From Hydrolagus affinis (lineage: Eukaryota), in contig JAAILG010000015.1 in the NCBI GenBank assembly GCA_012026655.1, positions 124,001 through 188,000 on the forward strand: a stretch of DNA of 64,000 nt. The letters run 5' to 3'. The notes under the pieces are model-generated. The model was not told the DNA's origin, did not search any database, and worked only from the letters and a program-made list of their open reading frames with translations. How positions within the stretch are numbered: the stretch's first letter is position 1; every line of letters begins with the position of its first letter. The translations under genes and the position numbers were made by a program. This document shows, in pieces, positions 1-12,388 of this stretch.

Positions 1-519
1 GTGTAGTGCAATGACTGCATCTGCTGAAAGGCGTCCACTGATTAAGGGAACGGTTAATAAGGTCAGAGCAGCTTTGACGGATGATGACCGTCCAGGGGAG
101 ACTTGTTATACCAGTTGCGGTGAATAGATGAAAATGTGGGAATAAAAATTGGCAACAAATGGTTATTCTGCCACGATTTGCCTCATTACAACAGTAAACT
201 AAAGCAAGACTGAGACAAGTCATGTCAGGTACATTGTTTGGAACTCAGCAGGGGCTCGATGCCACAACCTCTCACATCTAAAATCCTTGTAAAGCTGCAA
301 GATGTACAACCCTAACACGAATGGAAGATGCGGGTTAGCACATTGATGGAATATTAGAAAATATAATGAATCAATGTCCTCAAAGTCGTTGGGTGTGAAT
401 TAAGTCACCTGTCAGCTAATTGACTAGATTTCACAGCATGAATCAGGAAAAAATGCCGTTCTTTCATTATAAGTGCGTGCTACCCAGGACAGTACATTTG
501 TCCACCTCATCTGGGGAAT

Positions 520-700
520 TATTGTCCAGGATACCGGGCGAAACTTAGAAAGAGTTCCGTCTCTTTCTAAATAGCATCACAGAATTTTTAACATTCCATC
601 TGAATCTGGTCGTTGTTTTTGTGTCCCTTCTGAAGGTTAGCAATACAGATAAAAATCAGGCTCCTTAACACCGCATTGGAGTGTCAGCCGAGACTAATGA
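520..700 (-). mobile_element. Old SacSINE1/Deu-domain-like SINE fragment
   Basis: ccaggataccgggcgaaac...aaatagcatcacagaatttttaacattccatctgaa...gcattggagtgtcagcc is the reverse complement of the body of the + copies at 33820-34180 and 36290-36682. Confidence 0.55.
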
Positions 701-769
701 TCTTAATCTTGAAATGTGGTTAAAATGAGACATTTTACCCCCAAAATGTTGTTAGCTCTGCAAAGTATA

Positions 770-985
770 GCACTAATGATGTCATTACAGATAAGTGATG
801 GTAAATGCTGTGGTGGTGATATCGTGACATTATAATTGATCGTACAGTGATGGCAGGTGCGGTTGTGGTATTGTAATTGGACTGTGATAGTTGATGGTTA
901 AGTGATGATAAAGTGACGGCAGATGGTGCGGTGTGGGTATTAGCGATGTTACAGTGACGGTGACGGTAAAGTAATGCTATAGTAC
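770..985. repeat. Cryptic GT-rich low-complexity (GTG/ATG/GTA) degenerate repeat
   Basis: Recurrent gtgatg/gtgacg/gtggt units with strong G+T skew; explains the His/Thr-rich ORF 735..998(-). Confidence 0.55.
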
Positions 986-1343
986 AGAACATCCCCATTG
1001 GTTTTGGGCTGGTTAATGTGGCCGTGGATTATATCGTAGCGTCACTGAGGTCCAAGCCAGCCTCTCAGCTCACCTCATTTGTTGGTGTTATTAGCCCTAG
1101 GATGCTTCACTTGACCTAGTCACTCGTTGTAATGATATGATCTGTCGTGATCGCTGCTAAATCGCTCAATTCCACAGCGTTCACCTGAACGGTGTCCTTC
1201 CGCAATGTGAACTTTTTTTTTATGATTCTGTGATTCATCCTTGTGAGCGTGGAATACACTGTAAGTACATTTGTTACAGTGACACAAAATTACTGTCAGT
1301 GTTATAGTCACTGCAGCAATAAAGCTCCCGCTCAGTGCATGAG

Positions 1344-1362
1344 GGAGAGAGAGAGAGAGAGA
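1344..1362. repeat. (GA)n microsatellite
   Basis: gagagagagagagagaga run seen directly. Confidence 0.9.
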
Positions 1363-1954
1363 AAAAAACCTGGCAGATTGCAATTGAAATAGATTTTTCA
1401 CTATGTTGCTTCTTGCCAGATGGGATTCATTACAGGTTTATTTGGACACGAGCAAAACAGACATCCTCCATCTCTCAGCCTGGCTTTTGGTGATTAATAC
1501 ACTGGCTACTGCCTGTTGTATCATCTGGCATAGTGCTGCTCCCCGGCTATCCCCAACTGATACCTGCAGGAATGGAATACCTGACTCTTCCTCCCCAAGT
1601 TTCCTCTGGGAACATCTGCAAACAAGTGCGAGACACCGGAGCGGTCAGTCCGTTTTTCACTGGGTAGCCCGTCAGTGTCAGCGTTTTTTAAATGCCCCTG
1701 TCCCTGATAAATTGCTCGTGAGCCCTTGGTGGCTTTGGTTTGCTCAAACAACCTCACGAGCCCACGGGGTCTCCAGAAAGACATCTGGCGAAATCCATTA
1801 TTGTCCTTCTGGTAAGAAAATAAATTCTCCAGGTGTTAACTGGTGTAAAGATTTAACTTCTTTACTTTTGTCATTTCCAAAGTTAATTATTCACTACTTG
1901 TGTTATCGTTAATAAAATTGCTGCTGCTGGAATCCACCGAGTTCTGGAGTGAGA

Positions 1955-2080
1955 AGAACATTTACCCACAAAATGCACAGTCACTCTACTCGACAGTAAA
2001 TCCTGTGAAACGCATTGAGCAGTCCTCTCACTATGAAAGGTGCCACATTGAATGTTAGAATTATCATTATTGCTATTATT
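1955..2080 (+). mobile_element. SINE 3' fragment (L2-type tail)
   Basis: cccacaaaatgcacagtcact...cctgtgaaacgcattgag...tgaaaggtgcc...gaattatcattatt matches the 3' end of full copies. Confidence 0.6.
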
Positions 2081-3329
2081 GTTTCAGTTGGACCAACAGC
2101 AAGGGAACTCTGGAGGTTGGATTTCAGGTGCAGTTTCAGAGCTAAAAGAGGAAACTGATTGCACACCACAGATTGTCAAGGTAAAGCATTTGGATGAACT
2201 TGTGCGAACTTGAGAGCTTGCACAATTCAAATTAAGTGAAAACCAAGTGTGGAAAATGACAGAACGAACGACAGCCATGCTGCGGATATCAACACCAAGC
2301 CAGGGATATGAACACTGATGATTCTTTATAAATATAGTTTGATTTGTGCAGTAATGTTAAATTGATTAAACCATAATTTCTCATGAATTTCCCAAAGAAA
2401 TGATCACAGATGGATACTCCTCCTCTCCACTCGCCTAGCTCGGGCTGAATGTACTGATTTGGGACGTCCTCCAGACACGAAAGATATATCGAATGCAAGG
2501 ATTCCTAACATTGGTCCTAAAGATGTTGAGGCAAAAAGTCTTTAATGTAGGTTCCCCCAAAACCTTATCACACAAAGCTTCTCGTCATCGAATTGTAAAC
2601 ATCTCAAGCACCCGATTTCAAAAATGACCATTCAGTGAATGTCTAGCATTTTTGGTGCTCTATTGACTTTGAGTACTCTGTGGTGGTATTAAGTGAAAGA
2701 CCTTAGTTACATCTAATAGCCCAATGATTACTCCAGCCCGCAGTGTTAACTCTAACTATGCCACCTATTGTGGATCAAACCTTTTTTCACAATTCCCTTT
2801 GCCTTGCCAGCCCTTCGCTAAACCAAAATCTTCACCCGAGGGCTCTTTCCTGTTGACAAGTAGAGGCACTGTAGATATAATGTAGCTTAACCACCAAATG
2901 ATATTGTAAATGACATACTCTATCTCAGAAATGAGCTGTGTACACAATATAATGGTACTAATTCCCCCAGACCACTTTGTGCAATGTATGAGGACTTTAA
3001 TAGAGTAATCTATTTCAGGCCATTATTATTTGCATTAGGCAAGCCACTTACGACTATCTTTTCTCCCCAACTTGCCAGATCAATCTTTCCCCAGGCTGGC
3101 ATTAAAATTCCACTGACTTTCATCTGCCCTTTAACGTTGTTTCCTTGACGTGAGATTTTGGGTAAGATGTCCACCGAGGGAGAGAGAAAAAAAAGATCCC
3201 TTATCACTATTTGGCTGAAAAACTGCAGTGCACAGATTAAGTGATCAATAACTGTGAATTTCATTACACCTTTATAGTGACCTTGAATCACTTTATTGTG
3301 ACCCTGACCTTCAGAGATGTGCGGTCATA

Positions 3330-3465
3330 ATAGTTCAAAGGACGACAGCTCGAACAATGCAACACTGCACTGGAGTGTCAGCAACGGCTGTGTAATTTCC
3401 ATGTCCCAGGGCTTGAAGCCAGAGTCTTCTGACTCAGGGGACATTGCTGCAGACTGAGCCAGGCT
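3330..3465 (-). mobile_element. Old SacSINE1-like SINE 5' part (tRNA head)
   Basis: cactgcactggagtgtcagc...gggcttgaagcc...cttctgactcag...ctgagcca is the reverse complement of a tggctcag...ctgagtcagaag...ttcaagccc head. Confidence 0.6.
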
Positions 3466-4019
3466 GGCACACAGATTGACCTGACAGCAGCTGATCCTGT
3501 GATCGCATGCGAGCAATATTATCTCAATTTAGAAAGATTTTTGGAACTCGGAGGGAAAGCACGGGAATCTTTTGAAATACGATGAGCCTTTTTTTTTTAG
3601 AGGAGATAGAGCTGTAAATATCAAACTATTTTATAATATTATTAATAATAATCCTTGCAGTTGAAAAACTGAAGGAAGCTGCGAAATAGGAAAAAAGAAA
3701 GTTAGGGGATAAAAGGACTGATTCTGAGTTGCTATAAAAGGAAAGGGTTTAAGTGGATTTCCAACAGTCTGATCCTCAATACATTTTGCAGTAAGCTCAC
3801 CTACCAAGGCCACCCCTAAGGTCTCCTGACAAAATAAGTTATTTATTGGTTTCCTAGAATAAGACAACATTTGTGAAAGCTGACTGAGACTTGTTATTTC
3901 AGGATGAACCCGATTGGCTGCAAGACCTGTACCACTAATACCAATTGGGTCTCTCTCTCACTTATGTGACGGGTTTGGTCTTAAACCATCCAGTAACAAA
4001 TTCAGGAACTTGAATAGTG

Positions 4020-4144
4020 CAGTGTATATGTAAATGTGTTTGCTACAAATACAGTCACTGCACTTTACTGTAAAGTTTTGTGAACCGTTTGAGATGTTTT
4101 GATGACATGATGAGGTGCTATATCAAATGCAAGGATTATTTATT
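4020..4144 (+). mobile_element. SINE 3' fragment
   Basis: gtttgagatgttttgatgacatgatgaggtgctatatcaaatgcaaggattatt diagnostic tail. Confidence 0.75.
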
Positions 4145-4486
4145 GTGTGGTGACCATCACTGCTTTGGCACACTGATTTAATAGGATAGTATATGTTGGG
4201 CATTGTAAAGGCAATTTTCTGTTCATATATTAAATGCAGACTATTTTTCATAATTTTGGCATGGGGTAAAACAATAGTTTTACATATTATACAGCATTTC
4301 TGCACATTATTCCTTGGACTTTCTATGTGCTTTTTACTGTAATAGAGCAGGCAATATGTCCAAACATTCTTAAAGCTGCTTTATTTTATTCAGGCACGAT
4401 CTGTGCACTACTCCAGCGAACGCATGGACATGTCCCACTTTAACTCACGTTTGTGAATTAGGTAATGGATGGCTTCAGATTATACA

Positions 4487-4558
4487 TAATAATAATAATC
4501 CTTGCATTTGATATGGCACGTTTTCACATCTTCTAGGTGTCTCAAAGTGCCTCACACG
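4487..4558 (-). mobile_element. SINE 3' tail, 5'-truncated
   Basis: taataataatccttgcatttgatatggcacgttttcacatcttctaggtgtctcaaagtgc. Confidence 0.8.
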
Positions 4559-5567
4559 TCACCCGAGTGAGAAAGAGAGAGTAACATTGCACATTACGGT
4601 GCAGGTCTTGGTCATTTCTGAAATAAAATGTCTGAGGCAGCATTCCCAAACATAAAAAAGAGTTGTAGCTGAATCCATCTGGTGCTGACATTTCTGAGTG
4701 GCCGTTTTTTTCTGTTGAAATAGATCAGTTCATTCAGAAGAGGGGCACGGATGGGCACACAGGTCGAGCTAATACCTTTCAGATTACTTGGAAGGCCAAC
4801 AATGGAAAAGTAAATCCTAGTCTTCATTTCTGATACTGTGCAGATGTTGGGAAACTGATAGGATGGTCTGTTTACCTGAGCAAAACCTTAGAAATTGCTT
4901 TGCTCACTGCTAACTGATTGATGTTACCAAGAGGTCTCAAAGCCACCGACAGGACTCAGCGGTAGACATATTCACTCACGCAAAATGGACACGTATTGTG
5001 GGAGAATGATGTTCCTTAACTTCCCGTGAGATTTCACAGCATGCATTGGATATGTTGATTTCAAATGTCTCGATCTAATGGGAGTTACCAAAAATCTGGA
5101 AGATGCTTATTTTCCCATGGCAGAAGCATAATGTCCCACCCATACTGATTTAAAATGTTGGGTAACAATGACTGGATTTTGATAGTATCAGACAATGACT
5201 GGTGCTTCCTCATATCACAGACCCATAGGCAGAAAACTGTCTACAATAAGCCTTCTCGTTTAGAATTTAAAAATAAGCTTCACTTCAGGTCATAAAATGC
5301 CTAGGAGTGATTTGCACAAGTGCATGTCTGCCCAGTGCAATCCCCAGTACAATAGCAATAGCTCCAAGTAAGAGGCAATTATAAATAGTACAATGTTAGG
5401 GTGCAATAAGGCCTTATCTGAAAAGATCAGGCCTTGATGTAACTTCCACTGTCAACTCAGAAACGTTTAGTGAAATGGAACGTTGTTATTTTGAAACCAT
5501 GTTAAAATGCAAAAGCAAAGACTGGAGTCGAGCAGGCACTCAGCCCAATGGTCCGTGTCTGGGCAAT

Positions 5568-5598
5568 TCGCCATCTAGTGTCCTAAGGAAGAACTGAT
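5568..5598 (-). promoter_or_regulatory. Candidate CTCF binding site
   Basis: Minus strand GGACACTAGATGGCG fits the CTCF core CCASYAGRKGGC, preceded by an ATCAGTTCT upstream-motif-like element. Confidence 0.45.
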
Positions 5599-5689
5599 AA
5601 GTTAAAATAACAGCAGTATTCCCGTTTATACTCAAAGGCTTCTTAGCAATCAGGTTACTTCAAGGGCACAATCCCCCATACCAATTCTA

Positions 5690-5872
5690 CAGATAAAATT
5701 GCTCATTCACTGCATGTTTGTTTAGTGGGAATTTGCTGTGCACAAATCGACTGCTGCGTTCACCTACGTAAATACACAATCACAGCACTTCACAATAAAT
5801 CCTGTATTGCACTTTGAGCAACCCTCTGACATAAACGTTGCTGATATCAAACACAATGATTATTATTATTAA
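5690..5872 (+). mobile_element. SINE 3' half
   Basis: gtgggaatttgctgtgcacaaatcgactgctgcgttc...gcactttgag...gatatcaaacacaatgattattattatt. Confidence 0.7.
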
Positions 5873-6789
5873 CCTGTTCAGAATAGCATCAGAATTACCC
5901 ATCTGAAACAGATCTATAACAAATTTAAAGAGGTAAAAAGAGACACGGAGGGAAGCTCAGCACAAACACAGCTTTAAAGAATATTGATAACGTCAGAAAG
6001 GTGGCTATTCATTCAGTCAGCTCTAAAGTATCTGTCAGAAGATTTTTAAATCCAATGATCATGAAGTACGAAGGCTGGTGTTCAAGATAGGAAATGCAGT
6101 TTGTTTGCAGCTTTGGTATGAAGACTTTTATTTTAATAAGAACCAGAATCTGAAAATATGTGTGTATTTGGGCAAAGCTATAGATCCAAACGCTATGAAT
6201 AAAATAAATTCAGGAAATAACAGAAATCCAGAACATGTTGATGACCATCTGCAAGATGAAGAAGTCCCAGTCTGGAATCATCATCAGAACTTGGTTGTGG
6301 AACATTACTGTGTGGATATTGGCAGGCCGTATTCCCCCATAAATATACACCCCACTTCAAGCGACATCTTCTAAAGAGTCCTGAGACAACTTGATGACTT
6401 GATAAGGTGTCTTATAAAATGCAAGCATTATACTTGTAATATGGATAGCTAGGAAAGACCTACATGGTATTAAAGGAGGTACAAACCATGAAGGCAATTA
6501 ATTAACTTGGCTACGTGCACAAAGTACAGCTGAGTGGGGGTATTAACAGATTGTGGAGTATTAGAAAAGGTTATAGGTAAGGTAATGGCTGACAGTAAGA
6601 AAGCTTGAAATGTGGTGCCGCTGTATGACATAACAGTGGGATGGAATTATTTAATTGAAAACAAAGTCTTGCTGTGCAGTCCTGTAGCAGCACAGAAGCT
6701 CTTGCTCACCATTCCCCTCATGGCCATCTCTGATGGTGCCGGATTTGTCAGAGAGAGGCACCGAGCAGAGGTTACTGCCTCACTACAGC

Positions 6790-7325
6790 TGCAACCCACC
6801 GCACCCCGTCCGCAGACATTACACCTAACTCAGGCAATGATTAAATACCCCATGTTTTGCACACCTCAGAAGCAGCGGAAAATCATACATTTCCCGACTT
6901 AATTGGCTTCCAACATCACATAAGTGCTCTAATTGTTCTTTGGCAATCTGTTCAGAAACCGCTATGAACCACGGAAAGTTACAATTTCGATTTGAAACGC
7001 GCAGAACGTTTGCGGCAAAACGAAAAGTTCATTTTTCCTCGTTTGCACGCTCCATATCAAAACTTTGGAAGCAAATCAGGCATTTGCTAAAGCTTTTTCC
7101 TATTTAATGAATGCACTGACATATCATTGCCACTTCAGTGCAACAGGAGGTGCATCGCACTTTGCTGACTGAAATTACACTTGTTTACTTGCCTGGTGAG
7201 GTGGTTGATTTCGCTCACAGTTGTTGTAACATCTTCCTTGCGTATGAGATTGTCTTGACTCCAGGACTCAACTGGTTCCTGCGCTGCTCACACAGCTCAG
7301 CGTTTTCAAATTTTCTCTATTAGAA
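6790..7325 (+). mobile_element. Degenerate non-autonomous repeat, probably DNA-transposon derived; related copy at 63340-63800(-)
   Basis: catttcccgacttaattggct (~6887-6909) and ttcatttttcctcgtttg (~7028-7045) recur in reverse complement at ~63745-63785 and ~63555-63575; CpG-richer than flanks. Confidence 0.45.
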
Positions 7326-7559
7326 ATTAGGGTAAACCATTTGGCCTGTATTAAAATAATCCCGGAGTAACACTGTTTTTAACAAATGACATTTTTCCTG
7401 ACATTTACTACTGTTTTATTTGGTCACTTGTCTCCGGGGACACCTCAAATACTACCTGTTCGAATGCACCTATATCCATCTCTCTTTCCCTCTCCCTCGC
7501 CCACTGCTCAATATCTAACTCCATCCCGATGATTCACTCTGAGGTATTACCCCATATTC

Positions 7560-7884
7560 TGTTGTGTTTTGATTAACACGCTCACCTTGCAGGCGAGAGG
7601 CCCCAGATTCAACTCCTGAGTTGGGTGATGCATTAGGCAAGTTTCCTTCCTCGACAGTAAGTAGTAGGGGGATGCTTTTCCAGATGTAATAATCAATTTT
7701 AAGCATTTAAAAAAATATTTGGACACTCAATCTACAACTGTTTGTGGGTTTCTCTAGTGCGTAATTGGCTGCAGTGTGTTGTGCACAAAATATGCAGTCA
7801 ATCCACATGCAGTATATTCTGTGATGCGCTTTGAGGCTCAACAACATGATAAAACTCTATAATTAATACAAGGATTATTATTAT
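7560..7884 (+). mobile_element. tRNA-derived SINE, diverged near-full-length copy (long form)
   Basis: ctcaccttgcaggcgagagg...ttcaactcc head, ggcaagtttccttc, cagtaagtag, ctgtttgtggg, gcgctttgag, caaggattattatta tail. Confidence 0.8.
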
Positions 7885-9224
7885 GTGGGGGGGTTCTACA
7901 TAAATGCAAGCAGTTGTCTGAAAAATAATCTTTAGCAAAATTGCTCTCCCACAAAAATCTGTTTAAATACCACTACGACTATTTAATGGTATCCTTTGGA
8001 GTGAAAGTAAAACTGCAATGGATGTATCTGTGTTCAATTTGCCTTCTTCTTGAAAAATTATAAAAGTTGGAATTGACGGCCAACAATGTAGTTCTACAAC
8101 CTTACTCTCAACATAAATACACCCATTCTCTGTGTTGTTTGAATTATTGGTCCACTGATGCATATGAATTCTCTCTGAGAAGCCAGATATGAATTTTGCA
8201 TAACCTAACCGCAACAAAGATTTATAGTGAGAGTTATTCGCCATGAGATACTTTAAGATATGAAAATGCATCCATTGTGCTTTGCTGACTAGGGGGACAT
8301 TATACAATGAATAGTACAAACGTCTTGGCCCATATGGGACCTTATCTGCAGGTGCAGCCATTCCATCATTCCGCGGCAGCCACTTCCCTCGTTGGATTTA
8401 CCTAAAACAGTGGACAGCAATGCTGATCATTTTCACTGGGGGAACAAAGAAGCACTAATGAAATTGTTATTTTTAGCACGGTCATTTTCTTCCTGCCCAA
8501 TTGGCAGACTCTCATGCATTACGAGGAATGAGGATTAACATTTGTCACGGCGGCAATAATGACGGAGGAGGTAGATGGATGGTGGCATCAAAGGCTACTG
8601 ACATCAGCAAATGGCAAACTGTCAATCCACAACAGTTCTTAATTATTTTAATATGTTCACTTGGTGCATGACTGGATGCATACGGTACTGAATTCATCCT
8701 CATTCAACAGCTACATATAATTGCCAGAGTTGAATCCCAGTGTTGCGTTGCAGTTGTGTTGTAGTTTAGGTGTACAAAATATTGCCACCTAAACAACTGT
8801 TGTACACAGTAGTTTTCCAACTGGAAGATTATACCCCAAGAGAAATATTATTTCAACTGAATAGTTATCTGGAATCAGGGTAGATGTCTCAGATTCTGGA
8901 ATCCTACTGAAGGTCTTTCGAATCATGTGTCTGGCCATGATTGGTAGCTGTGGATCTCAACATTACCATTCCAATCCAATGTTTTTTCCACAAGCCACCT
9001 TGGCTCGCTGTTCTTATTTAGTAATGGTTTTAAGTCTTAAAACCAGGCTAGATTGTAATTCAACTCTTTAGAATTGGACAAACAGGGCGCGTATTCCATT
9101 CCAGATACAGCAAAATTTCCATGTGTGGTGGAGTGTGTATAGGGAACTCATAGTCTAGATTGGATACTCTTAAGCACACTGGTGGGTTTCTGCATGTGTT
9201 GGGCGCTGTGCTTAAGAATTTCCA

Positions 9225-9267
9225 ATGTGAAAGGCGCTCTACAAATGTAATTTTGTTGTTGTCGTTG
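9225..9267 (+). mobile_element. L2-type LINE 3' terminus, ultra-short
   Basis: tgtgaaaggcgctctacaaatgtaattttgttgttg. Confidence 0.75.
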
Positions 9268-9971
9268 CTGATCGAAAACAAGTGAAACTTTGGGCTTCAG
9301 ATGCACAAACGGGAATACTTTACATTGAAGTCCTGCTCTCATTCTATTCTACTGTGAACATGTGCAGCACAGACTTGACTTAAACAGGGCTGATTATTGT
9401 TTAGTATAAATGGTGTTAGAGATTGATCAAGAAGAGATAATTCGGTAATCCTAAATTGATCTATTGATTTTCATGTCATCCCTGCTGGTTTATGAAACTC
9501 TTTCTCACTGACCTTACTTTAGCCTGTTACAGTAATCCCTAGCATGCATATTTATCTTACCGTGCATTTTACGTAATTGGCAAGGAAATAAAATGGCAGA
9601 AAATTTGAAAAAGGTTAATTAACTTCCTTTTGCACTTTGTTAATGACCCCATGAACCCAATGCTCACTGAGTTTGGGTGTAAATTAAGAAAATTGACATT
9701 AGCTATACAAAAGCTATGGATTATTTGAGTCATGCATTGATTTATTGTAAGGGTAGGTTGGAGGTTAATGCTATTGGTTGGAAATTTAATTTAATTTGGG
9801 CTTTGATTCAAACTGTTAAAGGAAAACAAGCACAGTCAGTGGCAAAGGGAAACTTTCGAAAGGAAAGTTTTCGAATCTACGAATAAGATTGTAAAATTTC
9901 ACTCACCTTCCAATTGTCTGTGAGGACTACACAATAATTACCACTTACACAATCCAAACGCTGAAATAACA

Positions 9972-10034
9972 TCAACAACAACAAAATTACATTTGTACAG
10001 CACCTTTCACGTCGGGAGGACATCCCAAGGTGCA
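9972..10034 (-). mobile_element. L2-type LINE 3' terminus, ultra-short
   Basis: aacaacaacaaaattacatttgtacagcacctttcacgtcgggaggacatcccaaggtg; same terminus as the long L2 at 19320. Confidence 0.85.
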
Positions 10035-10494
10035 GCCTTCAACTTCTGTTTACAATGATAGTCCTCAAACTAACCTCTACCACTGGGTATCTTATACTAA
10101 TCTTCTATTTGGGACACAACTGACAAGTGGAAGCAGCCTATGAATATCTAACTTACTGAATCCTTTCATAGTTTTAAACATATCTGGTGCATTTATTAAA
10201 TTGGTCGAACTGACTGAAATGGAATCTGACAGTCCTTAATTTAGCAGGCAAATGTTATAATCTAGCCCTTTGCTGCTTATGTCCAATAAATGAATCATGT
10301 GTAATTGTCACCTATCAATAATGCCTGAGCTTCCTAAGTGAAATCAATTCAGACGCAGTGGAGAACAGTAACCAGGGTATAATAGAAGCAGTCAGATGCA
10401 TTTGTACATCAAAATTTTGGGGGAGGGGGGAGGCAACAGGCTCCTTTGACTAGATTGAAGACTGTCAAAACTGACACCCAATATACGGGATTAC

Positions 10495-10683
10495 CAAGTC
10501 AAAATTGGTCACTTGCTTACTCACCGCATGGCCGTTGGTGGGAGAGTGCTGTGTGTAAATTGGCAGCCATGTTAAACCACAAAATATACACGGTCACTTT
10601 ACTTACAGTAAATCCTGTGAAGCCCTTTAAGATGTCTCGACAATGTGATGAAAGGGACTATATCAAATGCAAGTATTATTACT
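10495..10683 (+). mobile_element. SINE 3' half
   Basis: aattggtcacttg...tgctgtgtgtaaattggcagcc...cctgtgaagccctttaagatgtc...ctatatcaaatgcaagtattatt. Confidence 0.8.
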
Positions 10684-11099
10684 GTATATGATATATAACT
10701 CTGCCAACAACAACTCTGGCTCAAACCTTTTACATTGGTAGATGCTTACAATAAAAGTCATATCTGTCCTGCCACACTATCAGAGACCTCATTCCAACCA
10801 GAACAGAGCATTCATTAAAAATAAAGAAAGTGAATCTCTTTTTGATTCTGTTCATTCCTGGCAGCCAGCCAACCTCCTCTGACATCACCTCACTGCAGAC
10901 ATCAGATCCCTAGAGAAACCCTTGGCATGATTTATAAACCATCATTGTGGATTCACTTTGAACCACTGTAGACAAGAGAAACGCATTGATGCAGAAGGTT
11001 TAAGTAAGAAACAAACAATCTTGCATCTCAATTGTTTCTTTTTCTGCGTCACCAGAGGGCTTTTGTCCAATCAGGTCCGGAATTTCACTTTCCAGCTCA

Positions 11100-11170
11100 T
11101 TCATAGAAGCATAGAAATGTCAGCATGAGGGGAGGTATTTCTGCCCATTGAGTTTATGTCAAGCTAACTC
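11100..11170 (-). mobile_element. CR1 LINE 3' end relic
   Basis: catagaagcatagaaatgtcagcatgaggggaggtatttctgcccattgagt; CR1-type tail with 8-bp terminal repeats in reverse complement. Confidence 0.5.
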
Positions 11171-12042
11171 TCCAGTGGAATTCCTACTCTGAACTCCACT
11201 TAAATTATGCAAAACGGGGTGTGATTGCCTGAAGCAGAAAGTGATGTGTCCTCACTCTGCTCTCTCCCTCAGCTCGTTCAAGATATGTCCCTGACATCAC
11301 TTTCGATTGTACCCCATCCCTTGTTCCCCCCACCCCCAGCTCAGCTGTCTTGGCTGAGCATTTAGCCTAGCTGGAGCATTTAGCCAGGAAGTTCAGTGAG
11401 TTGGGTCATCCTCCCAGTGTGGAAGACACTATAAAAGCCACTTTTTATTGTGTTGCACTGAAGAATAGGAGTGCCAAATTACACAGTCCTGTAAGTGGCT
11501 TGAAATGTCATCCAGTGTTATATCTGTAAGTCAGTTTATCTGAAAATGTAACATCCCAATTTTCTCAAATGTGATCAGTTGGAGACTGTTGCAAATGAGT
11601 ACTCTTTTCAGCTAGGTGGCAAATAAAGATGTTTACAAATGCTTCATTATTTATGTGAAACAAATGAAAGGCCTTGGAGCGTTCAACAGTCTCAACCCAA
11701 TGAATTAACTCACCGGGCTTCTCTGTATCTGAAATGACTGTATTTTTTCATTCCCCCACCCCAACACGGAAAAAAATAATTCTATGATTCTGGAAAAAAT
11801 CAATCGAATGATTCACATTCTAGATAACAGGAAGAGTTTATTCATTTTCCTCAGCTATTAAACCTGTTGAGACTCATCGTAATTGTGTACTGTGTATCTC
11901 GCTGTAACTGTACTTCAAGCTGCTTGTCAAGCTGTGAACTTTGCAGTTATAAACTTGTTTTTACTTTGGAATTGCTTCGATTCCACTTAACACAATAAAA
12001 ATACAATCTTTGCCGAGTTCCTTCAAGCAGTGCCACAAGTAC

Positions 12043-12388
12043 ATAATGATATAATAATCCTTGCTTTTGATATAGCGCATGATCATGTCTTCATGACGTC
12101 TCAAAGCACTTTGCAGAGTATACTGTAAAGTAAATTTATGTATAGTTGGTGGGCAAAATGTTGCTCACAAACAGTCACAGATTGAAGTGACCAATTTTTT
12201 CTTAAGGAATTAATATTACACGCAGAAAAGCGATCCGCCAATCGATTAACAACTGTGTTCCTACTTATTGCCAGATAAACAAAGGCATGTGGAGTAAGGA
12301 AACTTGCCCAATGTTTTTCTCTTCTGGGAAACAAACCCAGGTCTCTCGCTTGCAAGGCGAGTGCTGTAACCGCCTGAGCTACACAACT
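12043..12388 (-). mobile_element. tRNA-derived SINE, full length (long form)
   Basis: Reverse complement: gtagctcaggcggttacagcactcgccttgcaagcgagagacctgggtttg...gggcaagtttccttactccacatgcctttgtttatctggcaataagtaggaac...gcgctatatcaaaagcaaggattatta. Confidence 0.9.

Noticed and set aside
735-998. His/Thr-rich ORF
   Set aside because: Product of a low-complexity GT-rich repeat
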